Assembly (NCBI GenBank): GCA_035546575.1
Contig: DASZWN010000001.1
Location: 119,254-183,253 of the forward strand
Direction: 5' to 3'
Length of the DNA stretch: 64,000 bases
DNA from: Minisyncoccota bacterium
GTDB lineage: Bacteria; Patescibacteriota; Minisyncoccia; Phycocordibacterales; SBAW01
In this document: piece after piece, positions 27,413-36,618 of the stretch
How positions within the stretch are numbered: the first letter of the stretch is position 1
Layout of the letters: every line of letters begins with the position of its first letter
Translations under genes and position numbers: made by a program
Notes under the pieces: generated by a model
What the model was told of the DNA's origin: nothing
What the model saw: the letters and a program-made list of their open reading frames with translations, nothing else
The model's database searches: none

Positions 27413-28606
27413 ATGGCAACATTCGATAGACAGAAGCCGCACGTAAACGTCGGCACAATCGGTCACGTCGACCACGGCAAGACGACGCTCACTGCGTCGA
27501 TCCTCCACACACTCGACTTGGCAAAGGGTCAGGGCTACAGCGCACGCGTAGAAGGTGTCGATGGCATCGACAACGCTCCCGAGGAAAAGGCCCGCGGTAT
27601 TACCATTGCTCTCCACCACTCTGAGTACGAGACGCCGAAGCGCCACTACGCGCACATCGACGCTCCAGGCCACGCCGACTACATCAAGAACATGATTACC
27701 GGTGCCGCTCAAATGGACGGCGCAGTACTCGTGGTTGCGGCAACTGACGGCGTGATGCCTCAGACCCGCGAGCACATTCTCCTTGCAAAGCAGGTTGGTG
27801 TGCCGAAGCTTATCGTCTTCCTCAACAAGGTAGACATGGTAGACGACAAAGACCTCGTTGATCTCGTTGAAGAGGAGGTTAAAGACGCTCTCAAGAAGCA
27901 GGGCTACACTGACTCTCCGGTTATCAAGGGCTCAGGCCTCAAGGCGCTGGAAAGTACAGACATCAACAACGAATGGTCGCAGAAGGTCCTCGAGCTCGTT
28001 AACACGATGGATAGCTACTTCCCGGACCCTGTCCGCGAGACTGACAAGCCATTCCTCATGCCGATCGAAGACATCTTCTCGATCGAAGGTCGCGGTACCG
28101 TAGTTACCGGCCGCATCGAGCGCGGTATCGTTAAAGTAGGCGAGGAAGTCGAGATCGTTGGTCTTGAGCCAACCTCGAAGACCACCATCACTGGTATCGA
28201 GATGTTCAACAAGCAGCTCGACCAGGGTATGGCAGGCGACAACGCAGGCATTTTGCTCCGCGGTACTAAAAAAGAGGACATTCATCGCGGCCAGGTGCTC
28301 GCAAAGGCTGGCTCGGTTACGCCGCATACTGAGTTTGAGGGCGAGGTATACGTCCTCACCAAGGAGGAGGGTGGCCGCCACACGCCATTCTTTACTGGCT
28401 ACAAGCCTCAGTTCTACATCCGCACCACAGACGTTACCGGCGAGGTAACACTCCCAGCTGGTGTTGAGATGGTTATGCCAGGCGACACGATCACATTCAA
28501 GGTTAAACTCACCGCTCCGGTTGCGCTCGAAGACAAGCAGCGCTTCGCAGTTCGCGAAGGCGGCAAGACCGTCGGTGCCGGTGTCGTAACAAAGATTGTT
28601 GCGTAA
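27413..28606 (+). CDS. tuf: Elongation factor Tu
   Basis: [20 protein letters not shown] and NKVDMVDD motifs. Confidence 0.95.
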   Translation: MATFDRQKPHVNVGTIGHVDHGKTTLTASILHTLDLAKGQGYSARVEGVDGIDNAPEEKARGITIALHHSEYETPKRHYAHIDAPGHADYIKNMITGAAQMDGAVLVVAATDGVMPQTREHILLAKQVGVPKLIVFLNKVDMVDDKDLVDLVEEEVKDALKKQGYTDSPVIKGSGLKALESTDINNEWSQKVLELVNTMDSYFPDPVRETDKPFLMPIEDIFSIEGRGTVVTGRIERGIVKVGEEVEIVGLEPTSKTTITGIEMFNKQLDQGMAGDNAGILLRGTKKEDIHRGQVLAKAGSVTPHTEFEGEVYVLTKEEGGRHTPFFTGYKPQFYIRTTDVTGEVTLPAGVEMVMPGDTITFKVKLTAPVALEDKQRFAVREGGKTVGAGVVTKIVA

Positions 28607-28629
28607 TCCAAATAAGATTTGAAAAGAAA

Positions 28630-28653
28630 AACCCGGTTTACGCCGGGTTTTTC
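28630..28653 (+). terminator. Intrinsic terminator after tuf (aacccgg-tttacg-ccgggtt + TTTTT)
   Basis: 7-bp stem plus U-tract. Confidence 0.7.
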
Positions 28654-28746
28654 TTATGCTATTGTCTACCTGTTCTCATTATCACTGTAAGCGTTAGCTA
28701 ATAGGGTATAGGTTACGGCATCGCCGAGAACTACGCCCAAACAATT

Positions 28747-29124
28747 ATGGCAACCGAACCAGCAGCAGAAAAGAAGGCAGCTCCTAAGCGCACTCGCAAA
28801 ACAGCCGCTCCGGCTGCAGTGCAGCGCCTTCGCATTAAGGTCCGTGCATACGAGCACAAAGTGCTCGACGCATCGGTAAAGCAGATCATGGAGACAGCGT
28901 TGCGTTACGACGCAAAGATCGCTGGCCCTATCCCGCTTCCGACCGAGATCAAAAAGTATACGGTCAACCGCTCAACCTTCGTCTACAAAGACGCTCGCGA
29001 GCAGTTTGAGATGCGCGTGCACAAGCGCCTCATCGACATCCTCGACCCGTCCCCGAAGGTGATTGAGGCTCTCACGAACCTCTCCCTCCCGTCTGGAGTC
29101 ACTATTGATGTAAAAATGGCGTAG
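28747..29124 (+). CDS. rpsJ: 30S ribosomal protein S10 (with N-terminal extension)
   Basis: [13 protein letters not shown]...GPIPLPT...[18 protein letters not shown]. Confidence 0.9.
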   Translation: MATEPAAEKKAAPKRTRKTAAPAAVQRLRIKVRAYEHKVLDASVKQIMETALRYDAKIAGPIPLPTEIKKYTVNRSTFVYKDAREQFEMRVHKRLIDILDPSPKVIEALTNLSLPSGVTIDVKMA

Positions 29125-29232
29125 CGTAGCTACTGACATTTTTACAAATCAAAAAGAATGGCATTACAGAAAATCCCCGAAAGGGGATTTTCTGTGCTAC
29201 GTTGTAGGCAGGATAGGCAAAGGAGAAGTTCG

Positions 29233-29436
29233 ATGACATCAAAAAAGAGGGGAACGAAATTCGAAGATCAGCGCACGCGGCCTTCGGTACTCGACAAAAA
29301 GATAAGGCAGCCGGCAATTGTCGGCTCCAAACTCCCGAGACCTTCGGTGCGCGGGCGAAAGACTGCCAACAGCACTCTTTCTCCGGGAGGGCAGTTCGAA
29401 CGTCATATCAACTGGGTAAATTCCCACTTCAGGTAA
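29233..29436 (+). CDS. Candidate small basic protein, 67 aa, with an internal RPSV repeat. May instead be part of a structured RNA
   Basis: SD AAAGGAG 7 nt before the ATG. Heavy AGG/AGA codon use, atypical for this genome. Lies inside a highly structured spacer. Confidence 0.25.
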   Translation: MTSKKRGTKFEDQRTRPSVLDKKIRQPAIVGSKLPRPSVRGRKTANSTLSPGGQFERHINWVNSHFR

Positions 29437-29448
29437 TCCCTGAACTTC

Positions 29449-29480
29449 CTAAGCCTCGGCATTTGTCCCGAGGCTAATTT
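29449..29480 (+). terminator. Intrinsic terminator (gcctcgg-catttgtc-ccgaggc + TAATTTTTT)
   Basis: 7-bp stem plus T-run. Confidence 0.6.
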
Positions 29481-29772
29481 TTTGTAACCTTTTTGTTTCT
29501 ACTCAGTTTTTATAAGTGGATAGAGTAGTCTGACAGTGGAGGCCTGTGAGGGGAAACCCTCGGACGCTCACATACGAGCTCACACATTCCTTTTGAGCCT
29601 CTGTATTTTTTACACGCTCTCCCACTCCATCTTCGTTCTTTCTTCCCCCACCCGCCTCATCATTTTTGATGAGGCATATTTCTTGCTACACTCAGGTTGT
29701 CCGGTGCCAGAAGGTATTGAGGAGGGGCGCAAGCTCTGAATCAGAGCTCTGGCAAACGACGGCCGTAACTAT

Positions 29773-29820
29773 AACGGCCCTAGGGGGTGGAGGCGTCAAA
29801 ACCTCCACCCCTGCCTTTTT
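29773..29820 (+). terminator. Terminator-like hairpin (ggggtggagg/cctccacccc 10-bp stem, then TGCCTTTTTC)
   Basis: Perfect 10-bp stem followed by a T-run, inside the rpsJ-rplC spacer. Confidence 0.5.
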
Positions 29821-29927
29821 CTTGCATAATTTTAAACCTTAGGTTATAGTCTTCTGGACTCTCGACCCGCGCCCTTGGCGGGGTAAACATAGGGTTGTCC
29901 ACGTCCCCTCGGGGACCAATAGAAACC

Positions 29928-30551
29928 ATGAAATTCATCCTTGGAACAAAGGGCAAAATGACGACTGTATACACCGAAGAGGGTCAGGCCTTTGCCGCGA
30001 CCGTTATTACTGCTACTCCGGGTGTAGTTACACAGATCAAAACAGCCGAGAAGGAGGGTTACAACGCCGTCCAGATCGGTGGTATCGACGGCAACGTAAA
30101 GCACACCAACAAAGCGCAGCGGGGCCACGCAAAGGGCAAATTCTTTAAGCATTTCCGTGAGCTTCGCGCACGCGACGGCAAACTGCCGGAGGGTGTCGAG
30201 GTAGGTGCCACAATCGACCTTTCTGCGTTTGCAGTTGGCGACAAGGTGCAAGTGTCTGCAATCTCAAAGGGCAAAGGCTTTGCCGGCGTTGTTAAGCGCT
30301 ACAACTTTAAGGGCGGTCCACGTTCCCATGGCCAGAAGCACAGCGAGCGTGCACCGGGTTCTATCGGCGGCTCTGGCGGTCGCGCAGGCGGTCGCGTTGC
30401 TAAGGGTATGCGCATGGCAGGCCGCATGGGCCAAGACCGCGTAACCGTGCGCAACCTCGCAATACTCCAGGTGCTTCCAGAGACAAACGAGCTCGTTATT
30501 GCAGGTGCAATCCCGGGCCGCGCAGGTACGCTTGTTGAGATACGCGGCTAG
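29928..30551 (+). CDS. rplC: 50S ribosomal protein L3
   Basis: MKFILGTKGKMTTVYTEEG...; start chosen at the conserved N-terminus rather than the longer ORF-track start at 29895. Confidence 0.9.
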   Translation: MKFILGTKGKMTTVYTEEGQAFAATVITATPGVVTQIKTAEKEGYNAVQIGGIDGNVKHTNKAQRGHAKGKFFKHFRELRARDGKLPEGVEVGATIDLSAFAVGDKVQVSAISKGKGFAGVVKRYNFKGGPRSHGQKHSERAPGSIGGSGGRAGGRVAKGMRMAGRMGQDRVTVRNLAILQVLPETNELVIAGAIPGRAGTLVEIRG

Positions 30552-30556
30552 ATAAT

Positions 30557-31354
30557 TTGAATACCACTATGGAAACTACTATCTACAACAAACAAGGCAA
30601 AGAATCAGGAAAGATCACGCTTCCTGAAAACATTTTTGGCCTGCCGTGGAATGCAGACCTGGTACACCTGGTTGTAACTGCAATGCGCGCAAATGCTCGC
30701 GGCAATGTCGCACACACCAAAGACCGCGGCGAGGTTCGCGGAGGCGGGCGCAAGCCATGGGCCCAAAAAGGGACTGGCCGCGCTCGCCATGGCTCAAGCC
30801 GCTCACCAATCTGGAAGGGCGGCGGTGTGACCCACGGTCCTCGCAACGAGAAGATCTTTGGCCTCAAGGCAAACCGTCAGGCTCGCCAGAAGGCGCTTTT
30901 GGTTGCGCTCTCTCGCAAATTTAAAGACGGCGAGGTGCTCTTTATCGACTCGCTCGAGATGGAGACACCTAAGACAGCAGCAGCAAAGGTGATGCTCTCA
31001 GCGCTCGGTAAAAACTTCTCCGGTCTCAGCAAAACCAAGAATGCAGCACTCATTGCTATCCCTGCTGCTCACGCTGCAACACAAAAGAGCTTCCAGAACT
31101 TTGGCAATATCGAGGTGGCCGAGGTGCGTAATCTCAACCCGCTGTCGGTGCTCTCGAGCAAATACGTTATCTTTGCAAACCCAGAGGCTGCATTTGAGAC
31201 GCTTAGTGCCAAGAAGGTTGTAAAAAGCACTACGGGCGAAAAGAAGGTTAAGAAGGCAAAGGTGGTGGCCGAGGAAGCAGCGCCTGCACCAAAGGCAGTT
31301 AAAAAGGCACCGGCCAAAAAGGCAATAAAAAAGGTAGCTGCACCGGCAAAATAA
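30557..31354 (+). CDS. rplD: 50S ribosomal protein L4 (with Lys/Ala-rich C-terminal extension)
   Basis: L4 family core. C-terminal KKAKVVAEEAAPAPKAVKK tail. Confidence 0.9.
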   Translation: MNTTMETTIYNKQGKESGKITLPENIFGLPWNADLVHLVVTAMRANARGNVAHTKDRGEVRGGGRKPWAQKGTGRARHGSSRSPIWKGGGVTHGPRNEKIFGLKANRQARQKALLVALSRKFKDGEVLFIDSLEMETPKTAAAKVMLSALGKNFSGLSKTKNAALIAIPAAHAATQKSFQNFGNIEVAEVRNLNPLSVLSSKYVIFANPEAAFETLSAKKVVKSTTGEKKVKKAKVVAEEAAPAPKAVKKAPAKKAIKKVAAPAK

Positions 31355-31355
31355 T

Positions 31356-31643
31356 ATGAACAAGCCTCACTCAAAAATTCTCCTTTCTCCTCGCATTACC
31401 GAAAAGGGCGCGTACCTCGCCGAGGGCAGCGTATATGTCTTTAACGTCGCGATGGATGCAAACAAAAAGCAGATTGCCGATGCGGTACGCGATACCTTTA
31501 AGGTGACGCCTCGCTATGTGCGCATTGCGGCAGTGCCACGCAAGGTGGTGATGACTCGCGGCACTAACCGCAAGGGCAAGACTACTGCGGGCAAGAAGGC
31601 ATACGTATTCCTCAAGAAAGGAGAGACCATTGAGCTGGTCTAA
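31356..31643 (+). CDS. rplW: 50S ribosomal protein L23
   Basis: L23 family sequence. Confidence 0.9.
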   Translation: MNKPHSKILLSPRITEKGAYLAEGSVYVFNVAMDANKKQIADAVRDTFKVTPRYVRIAAVPRKVVMTRGTNRKGKTTAGKKAYVFLKKGETIELV

Positions 31644-31674
31644 ATTTATTTAGACCCAATCAAAAAGAAATCTT

Positions 31675-32523
31675 ATGAAACACTATCGACCATACACAAA
31701 ATCACGCCGTGGTATGACCACCATTACCTTCAAGGGTAAGCTCACGACCAATGAGCCGCACAAAGCTCTTGTACACGGCGGCAAACGCGATATGGGCCGC
31801 AATAATGCGGGCCGCATTTCGGTGCGCCACAAGGGCGGTGGACACAAGCGCATGTTCCGCGATGTGGACTTTTTCTACAACAAGCAGGTTCCGGCTCGCG
31901 TAGAGACTGTCGAGTACGATCCGAACCGCTCCGGCTTTATCGGCGTGCTTGCATATCGCGACGGCGAGCGCCGCTACGCACTCCTTCCGCAGTCGGTTAA
32001 AGTTGGCGACACTGTCGAGACTTCTGCTACCGCGCCTGCAACTCCAGGTAACCGCATGCCACTCAAGAATGTTCCGATCGGCGCGTTTGTCTACAACGTT
32101 GAGATTAAGCCGGGCAACGGTGCCAAGCTTGGCCGCGCTGCAGGTACGCACATCGAGGTTATCGCACGCGACGGCGGCTATGTAGACCTTAAGATGCCAT
32201 CGAGCGAGGTCCGTAAAGTCCTCGAGACCTGCTGGGCAACGCTCGGCGAGGTTTCAAACCCAGAGAACAAACTCATGAACATTGGTAAGGCAGGTCGCAG
32301 CCGCTGGCTCGGTATCCGCCCAACCGTGCGCGGTACTGCAATGAACCCGGTTGATCACCCATACGGCGGAGGCGAAGGCCGCCAAGGCCGCGGTACTCGC
32401 CGCGCCAAGTCTATGTGGGGCAAGCCGACAGGCAAGGGCCAGAAGTCTCGCCGCCCAAAGAAGTACTCCAACTACTTGATAGTTAGTCGAAGAAAGGTTG
32501 GTAAAAGAGGCGCGCAGCAATAA
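31675..32523 (+). CDS. rplB: 50S ribosomal protein L2
   Basis: GGGHKR..., GTAMNPVDHPYGGGEG motifs. Confidence 0.95.
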   Translation: MKHYRPYTKSRRGMTTITFKGKLTTNEPHKALVHGGKRDMGRNNAGRISVRHKGGGHKRMFRDVDFFYNKQVPARVETVEYDPNRSGFIGVLAYRDGERRYALLPQSVKVGDTVETSATAPATPGNRMPLKNVPIGAFVYNVEIKPGNGAKLGRAAGTHIEVIARDGGYVDLKMPSSEVRKVLETCWATLGEVSNPENKLMNIGKAGRSRWLGIRPTVRGTAMNPVDHPYGGGEGRQGRGTRRAKSMWGKPTGKGQKSRRPKKYSNYLIVSRRKVGKRGAQQ

Positions 32524-32531
32524 GTAGGCAA

Positions 32532-32551
32532 CCTGCCTGCCGGCAGGCAGG
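32532..32551. repeat. Palindromic element copy 4, a perfect 20-bp palindrome cctgcctgccggcaggcagg, intergenic just after rplB
   Basis: Perfect palindrome sharing its core with 1252, 2472 and 14472. Confidence 0.75.
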
Positions 32552-32582
32552 GCGCGGAGCCCAGCAGTAACTATAAAAAAGA

Positions 32583-32609
32583 GAAAAGGCGCCGAAGGGG
32601 CGCCTTTTG
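32583..32609. terminator. Bidirectional terminator (AAAAGGCGCC-gaagg-GGCGCCTTTT)
   Basis: A-run, 7-bp GC stem, T-run. Member of a three-copy terminator family with 38583 and 39133. Confidence 0.7.
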
Positions 32610-32634
32610 CAATAGCGGGGAAGCAGGCCTTAGC

Positions 32635-32829
32635 TTACTTCATCTGGATCTGCGGAACGGATACAAGCCTCGCGCGTGGCGAAGATTGCTGCTGTTGCGG
32701 AGTGACGTCGCGCCGAATTTGGTCGTCGGCGCAACCCGGGACACAATACAGGAAAGGTCCTCGTCTGGTGGGTTTGCCAAGAATTTGGCGAGTGCAGGTT
32801 GAGTTGTGACAAAACAACCTATGCGTCAT
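32635..32829 (-). CDS. Hypothetical small Cys-containing protein, 64 aa
   Basis: ORF track. CHNSTC and CVPGC motifs. Terminator on its 3' side. Weak call. Confidence 0.25.
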   Translation of the reverse strand: MTHRLFCHNSTCTRQILGKPTRRGPFLYCVPGCADDQIRRDVTPQQQQSSPRARLVSVPQIQMK

Positions 32830-33016
32830 TTCAGAATTCCTTCTGCTGCATCTGAAAACAAGATGAACTCTCAGCCTTTTCCCACCATACTCTCATATAT
32901 TTTATTTGGCAAGAATTTTCCGGTGCATAACGTAGAAATATTTTATTGGATCGCGCGTTGAAACTTGAAGGAAAATTAGTTACTCTTTGCAACAGATACG
33001 ATAGGAGAAACAATCC

Positions 33017-33238
33017 ATGTTCTACTTTTTTGCATTAGCGCTGGCTGCAGCCGCACTTCTTGTAATAGGCTATCTGTCGCGGGTTGCGACCGTGTTCGAG
33101 AAGATGGTTCAATATGAACGCAGTTGCGGCCGGAAGACTCACTGGGCACTCATTCTCCTTTATAGTCTTGTCCTAGTTGGGCTCATGTATGAAGGAGCTG
33201 ATATACGCATACCGCAGGTTAATCCTGCGAAGAAGTAA
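33017..33238 (+). CDS. Hypothetical small membrane protein, 73 aa
   Basis: Two TM helices. AT-rich upstream region. Terminator hairpin at 33245-33275. Confidence 0.35.
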   Translation: MFYFFALALAAAALLVIGYLSRVATVFEKMVQYERSCGRKTHWALILLYSLVLVGLMYEGADIRIPQVNPAKK

Positions 33239-33284
33239 AACGACGCCCCGGCAAAGTGCCGGGGTGATTTTCGCTCAGCCCTCA

Positions 33285-33524
33285 TTAATTGCGAGGGAGT
33301 TTTTTCTTCGGGACAATCTTGACCGCCTCCTCAAGCACTCCTCTGAATTGCTTCCTCGTGATACCTGGGCCGCCAGATTGCATTCGCCGCTGTAGAGGTG
33401 TCATATCCTTTTCGTCCACCACCTCCGGGTGTTTCTTCTTGTGGGCGAAGAACTCATCTGCGATCTTCTTTGCCACAGGCGATAGGGCGCCCTTAACCAC
33501 TCGCCGATCCCTTGCTTTCTTCAT
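33285..33524 (-). CDS. Hypothetical small basic protein, 79 aa
   Basis: Perfect SD GGAGGtacccc before the ATG at 33524. Confidence 0.5.
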   Translation of the reverse strand: MKKARDRRVVKGALSPVAKKIADEFFAHKKKHPEVVDEKDMTPLQRRMQSGGPGITRKQFRGVLEEAVKIVPKKKLPRN

Positions 33525-33641
33525 GGGGTACCTCCGTTTTGTTCAACTAAAGCCGAATATAGCACAATATTGACTCTTTTAATTTTTTCCAGCACCATTG
33601 CGCCAGCTTAGTTCGCCAAAACGTTCAACCAGGAGGACTCA

Positions 33642-34616
33642 ATGTCGAAGACAGACCAAATACGGCCGATGGTTATCGACTTGCCGCTCAAGTATCGCGG
33701 CAAAACGCGCGACACATATGAGGCCAAGTGGCCTGACCCAAACGACAAGCGCCGGCCGCCGCTCTTGATCGTGGCAAGCGACCGTATCTCGACGCATGAC
33801 GTCGTGCACAAGAGCATGATCCCAAAGAAGGGCGAGGTGCTCAATGCGCTAACGATCTTCTGGATCGTCGACGTGCTCGAGAAGCTCGGTATTGCTCACC
33901 ATCTCATTGCCTACGGCAAGAAGATCTATGATTACGTGCCGAAGCCGGACAGCGACCCCAAGGACGTACCGCTCCACCACCGAGCAATCGTAGTGAAGCA
34001 ACTCGATATAATTCTGGTCGAGTTTATCCTCCGGCAATTTCTGTGTGGGGGCTTGTGGAGCAAGCATTACAGTAAGGGTCTGGACCCTTACGGGCTCAGT
34101 ATCCCCGCAGGTCTTCCGCTCATGACGAACTTTGGCACGTTGGCAAAGTTTGCTGCACCCGTCTTCACTCCGACCAAGAAATCGGATGAAGAACATGATC
34201 CGCCGCTACTGAGCGAGGCGACTGCTCGGGAACATCCGGAGGCTCTTATGCTCAGCCGAAAAGTGTTCGATCGCGGCAGGCAACGTCTCCGTACGAGGGG
34301 AATCGAGCTCATCGACTCCAAGTTCGAGTTTGGGATCGACGAAGATGGTCAGGTGGTGCTCGCCGATGAGGTTCTCACGCCTGACTCAAGCCGCTTCGCA
34401 CTGCTCAGCGACATCAAGGAGGGGGAGAACCCGCCTTGGCTCGATAAGCAGATCGCTCGCGATTGGGCGGAAAAGCATTGGGGGCTTAACCCCAAAGAGC
34501 CTCTGGTATTTCCACCTCTTACGATCAGCGGCATCCGCAATACCTACGTCGATCTATTCGAGCAGATCGTCGGCATGAAGCTCAGTCAGTTCCAGCACGA
34601 ACGGCTCGACAACTAG
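33642..34616 (+). CDS. purC: Phosphoribosylaminoimidazole-succinocarboxamide (SAICAR) synthase
   Basis: YRGKTRDTYE, LLIVASDRISTHDVV, DSKFEFG, DEVLTPDSSRF motifs. SD GGAGG. Confidence 0.85.
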   Translation: MSKTDQIRPMVIDLPLKYRGKTRDTYEAKWPDPNDKRRPPLLIVASDRISTHDVVHKSMIPKKGEVLNALTIFWIVDVLEKLGIAHHLIAYGKKIYDYVPKPDSDPKDVPLHHRAIVVKQLDIILVEFILRQFLCGGLWSKHYSKGLDPYGLSIPAGLPLMTNFGTLAKFAAPVFTPTKKSDEEHDPPLLSEATAREHPEALMLSRKVFDRGRQRLRTRGIELIDSKFEFGIDEDGQVVLADEVLTPDSSRFALLSDIKEGENPPWLDKQIARDWAEKHWGLNPKEPLVFPPLTISGIRNTYVDLFEQIVGMKLSQFQHERLDN

Positions 34617-34632
34617 AGTTCCCAAGCAAACG

Positions 34633-34664
34633 CCCCGGCCGTTTACGGCCGGGGTTCTCTTTTT
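34633..34664 (+). terminator. Intrinsic terminator after purC (ccccggccg-ttta-cggccgggg + T-run)
   Basis: 9-bp stem. Confidence 0.7.
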
Positions 34665-34673
34665 GCCCTAAAT

Positions 34674-34702
34674 TTGACTCTTTTGGGCTTATCCTGTAGT
34701 AT
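34674..34702 (+). promoter_or_regulatory. Promoter TTGACT-17-TAGTAT upstream of rpsS
   Basis: Near-consensus -35 and -10 with a 17-nt spacer. Shares TTGACTCTTTT with the tuf and purC upstream regions. Confidence 0.6.
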
Positions 34703-34772
34703 CTCCTTACTTCCGTGCCGCAAGGTTTGAGCGCTCTCTGCTTAAACGGGCAGGGAATTTAATTTTGGAAAT

Positions 34773-35129
34773 ATGGCACGCAGCCTCAAAAAAGGACCAT
34801 ACGTAGACGCAAAGCTCCTCAAGAAGATTGAGGGCAAGAAAGCTCAGGGCTCTGAGCTTATTAAGACGTGGGCACGCCGCAGCCAGATCTCTCCGGAGAT
34901 GGTTGGCTTTAAGTTTGGCGTACACAACGGCAAGACGCACATTGAGGTACTTGTAAGCGAGGACATGGTCGGGCACCGCCTGGGCGAGTTCTCTCCTACA
35001 AAGAAGTTCCAGCGCCACGGAGGCAAGATGCAGAAGGAGATGGAGACCAAGGCTAAGGAGGCCGAGATCGCAGCAGCATCTGCAGCAAAGGCAGCTACCG
35101 ACACCAAGGGCGCCGCAGCAAAGAAATAA
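34773..35129 (+). CDS. rpsS: 30S ribosomal protein S19 (with C-terminal extension)
   Basis: SLKKGPYVD...HNGK..I.V...MVGH.LGEF. Confidence 0.95.
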   Translation: MARSLKKGPYVDAKLLKKIEGKKAQGSELIKTWARRSQISPEMVGFKFGVHNGKTHIEVLVSEDMVGHRLGEFSPTKKFQRHGGKMQKEMETKAKEAEIAAASAAKAATDTKGAAAKK

Positions 35130-35132
35130 TAT

Positions 35133-35507
35133 ATGGCTGACTCAACCGCATCACTTAAGAATTACCGCCAGTCGCCTCGCAAGGTGCGTCTTGTGGCTGA
35201 TCTTATCCGCGGCAAGTCGGCAGACCGCGCGCTCGCGCTTTTGAACACGCTCCCAAAGCGCGCGTCTGATCCGGTTGCCAAACTCCTCCTCTCGGCTATC
35301 GCAAATGCAAAGCAGGCGGCCCCGCAGTCGGAGCTCTATGTTTCGAGCATTCAGGTCAACGGCGGGATTGTCTTTAAGCGCTCGATGCCTCGCGCACGCG
35401 GTCGCGCATCGGCTATCCGCAAGCGCACCAGCCACATCACCTTGGCCCTCAGCCGCAAGGCTGAAAGTCAAAAAGCAAGAAGCGCTTCTTCGAAGGCCCA
35501 AAAATAA
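35133..35507 (+). CDS. rplV: 50S ribosomal protein L22
   Basis: L22 family sequence. Confidence 0.9.
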   Translation: MADSTASLKNYRQSPRKVRLVADLIRGKSADRALALLNTLPKRASDPVAKLLLSAIANAKQAAPQSELYVSSIQVNGGIVFKRSMPRARGRASAIRKRTSHITLALSRKAESQKARSASSKAQK

Positions 35508-35508
35508 T

Positions 35509-36183
35509 ATGTCTAAAGTTGTACACCCATTTGCACATCGGCTCGGTATCCTGCGTGACTGGCGTCATCGCTGGTTTGTGACGGGCCCTAAGTACCAGCA
35601 GTACCTCAAGGCCGACATTCTTTTGCGTGAGTACCTCCAAAAGGAGCTCCGCGGCATGTATATCGGCGGTATGGAGATTGAGCGCAACGAGAAGCAGCTC
35701 CGCGTTATCATCAAAACATCGCGCCCGGGCGTTATCATCGGTCGCAGCGGCGAGGGCTCTGCTAAAATGCGCGACAAGATCACCGCATTCCTCCGCAAGC
35801 ACAAACTCCCGGTTCCGGAGATCAAGCTCGATATCGAGGAGATCCGCTCACCAGAATCGAGCGCTGCTATTGTTGGCTACATGGTAGCCGAGGGTCTCGA
35901 AAAGCGCATGCCATTCCGCCGCGTACTCAAGCAGACTATCGAAAAGGTTATGGCAAACCGCGATGTTAAGGGTGTCCGTATCGGCCTCTCGGGCATGCTC
36001 GGCGGTGGCTCTATGTCCCGCACCGAGGAGCTCAAGAAGGGCCGTATTCCGCTGCAGACTTTCCGCTCTGATATCGACTTTGCTAAGGAGCGCGCAAACC
36101 TCCCGCTCGGCGTGATCGGTATTAAAGTGTGGATCTACCGCGGCGAGGTCTTTGCGGACGCGCCTAAAGAGAAGACCAAATAA
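35509..36183 (+). CDS. rpsC: 30S ribosomal protein S3
   Basis: MSKVVHPFAHRLGI... The ORF-track ORF 35275..36183 begins 78 codons upstream of the conserved S3 N-terminus; start set at the ATG at 35509. Confidence 0.9.
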   Translation: MSKVVHPFAHRLGILRDWRHRWFVTGPKYQQYLKADILLREYLQKELRGMYIGGMEIERNEKQLRVIIKTSRPGVIIGRSGEGSAKMRDKITAFLRKHKLPVPEIKLDIEEIRSPESSAAIVGYMVAEGLEKRMPFRRVLKQTIEKVMANRDVKGVRIGLSGMLGGGSMSRTEELKKGRIPLQTFRSDIDFAKERANLPLGVIGIKVWIYRGEVFADAPKEKTK

Positions 36184-36188
36184 ACTGT

Positions 36189-36611
36189 ATGTTGACTCCT
36201 AAGAAAGTAAAATTTAGAAAGTGGCACACCATGCGCCACAATGCCAAGAAGGGGAAGGTGGCTTCTCGCGGCATTACGGTTGCGTTTGGCTCGCACGGCC
36301 TCAAGGCAACGAGCCAGGCCCGCCTTCGCTCCAACCAGCTCGAAAGTGCTCGCAAGGTTATCGTCCGCTCGCTCGGCAAGACCGGCAAGATGTGGTTGCG
36401 CGTTTTCCCAGACAAGCCATTTACCCAGAAGCCGCCGGAAGTGAAGCTCGGCAAGGGTAAGGGCGACCCGGTTGGCTACGAAGTGGAGGTATGGCCAGGC
36501 CGCGTGCTCTTTGAGGTAGACGGCGTATCTGCCGCTATCGCATCCGAGACGCTCATCAAGGCAGGCAAGAAGCTCCCGCTCAAGACAAAGGTTGTCACCC
36601 GCGCGCATTAA
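36189..36611 (+). CDS. rplP: 50S ribosomal protein L16
   Basis: L16 family sequence. Confidence 0.95.
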   Translation: MLTPKKVKFRKWHTMRHNAKKGKVASRGITVAFGSHGLKATSQARLRSNQLESARKVIVRSLGKTGKMWLRVFPDKPFTQKPPEVKLGKGKGDPVGYEVEVWPGRVLFEVDGVSAAIASETLIKAGKKLPLKTKVVTRAH

Positions 36612-36618
36612 AATCCGT

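Noticed and set aside
29536-29739. 67-aa ORF inside the rpsJ-rplC spacer
   Set aside because: No SD, overlaps multiple hairpins, and its composition does not look like coding sequence.
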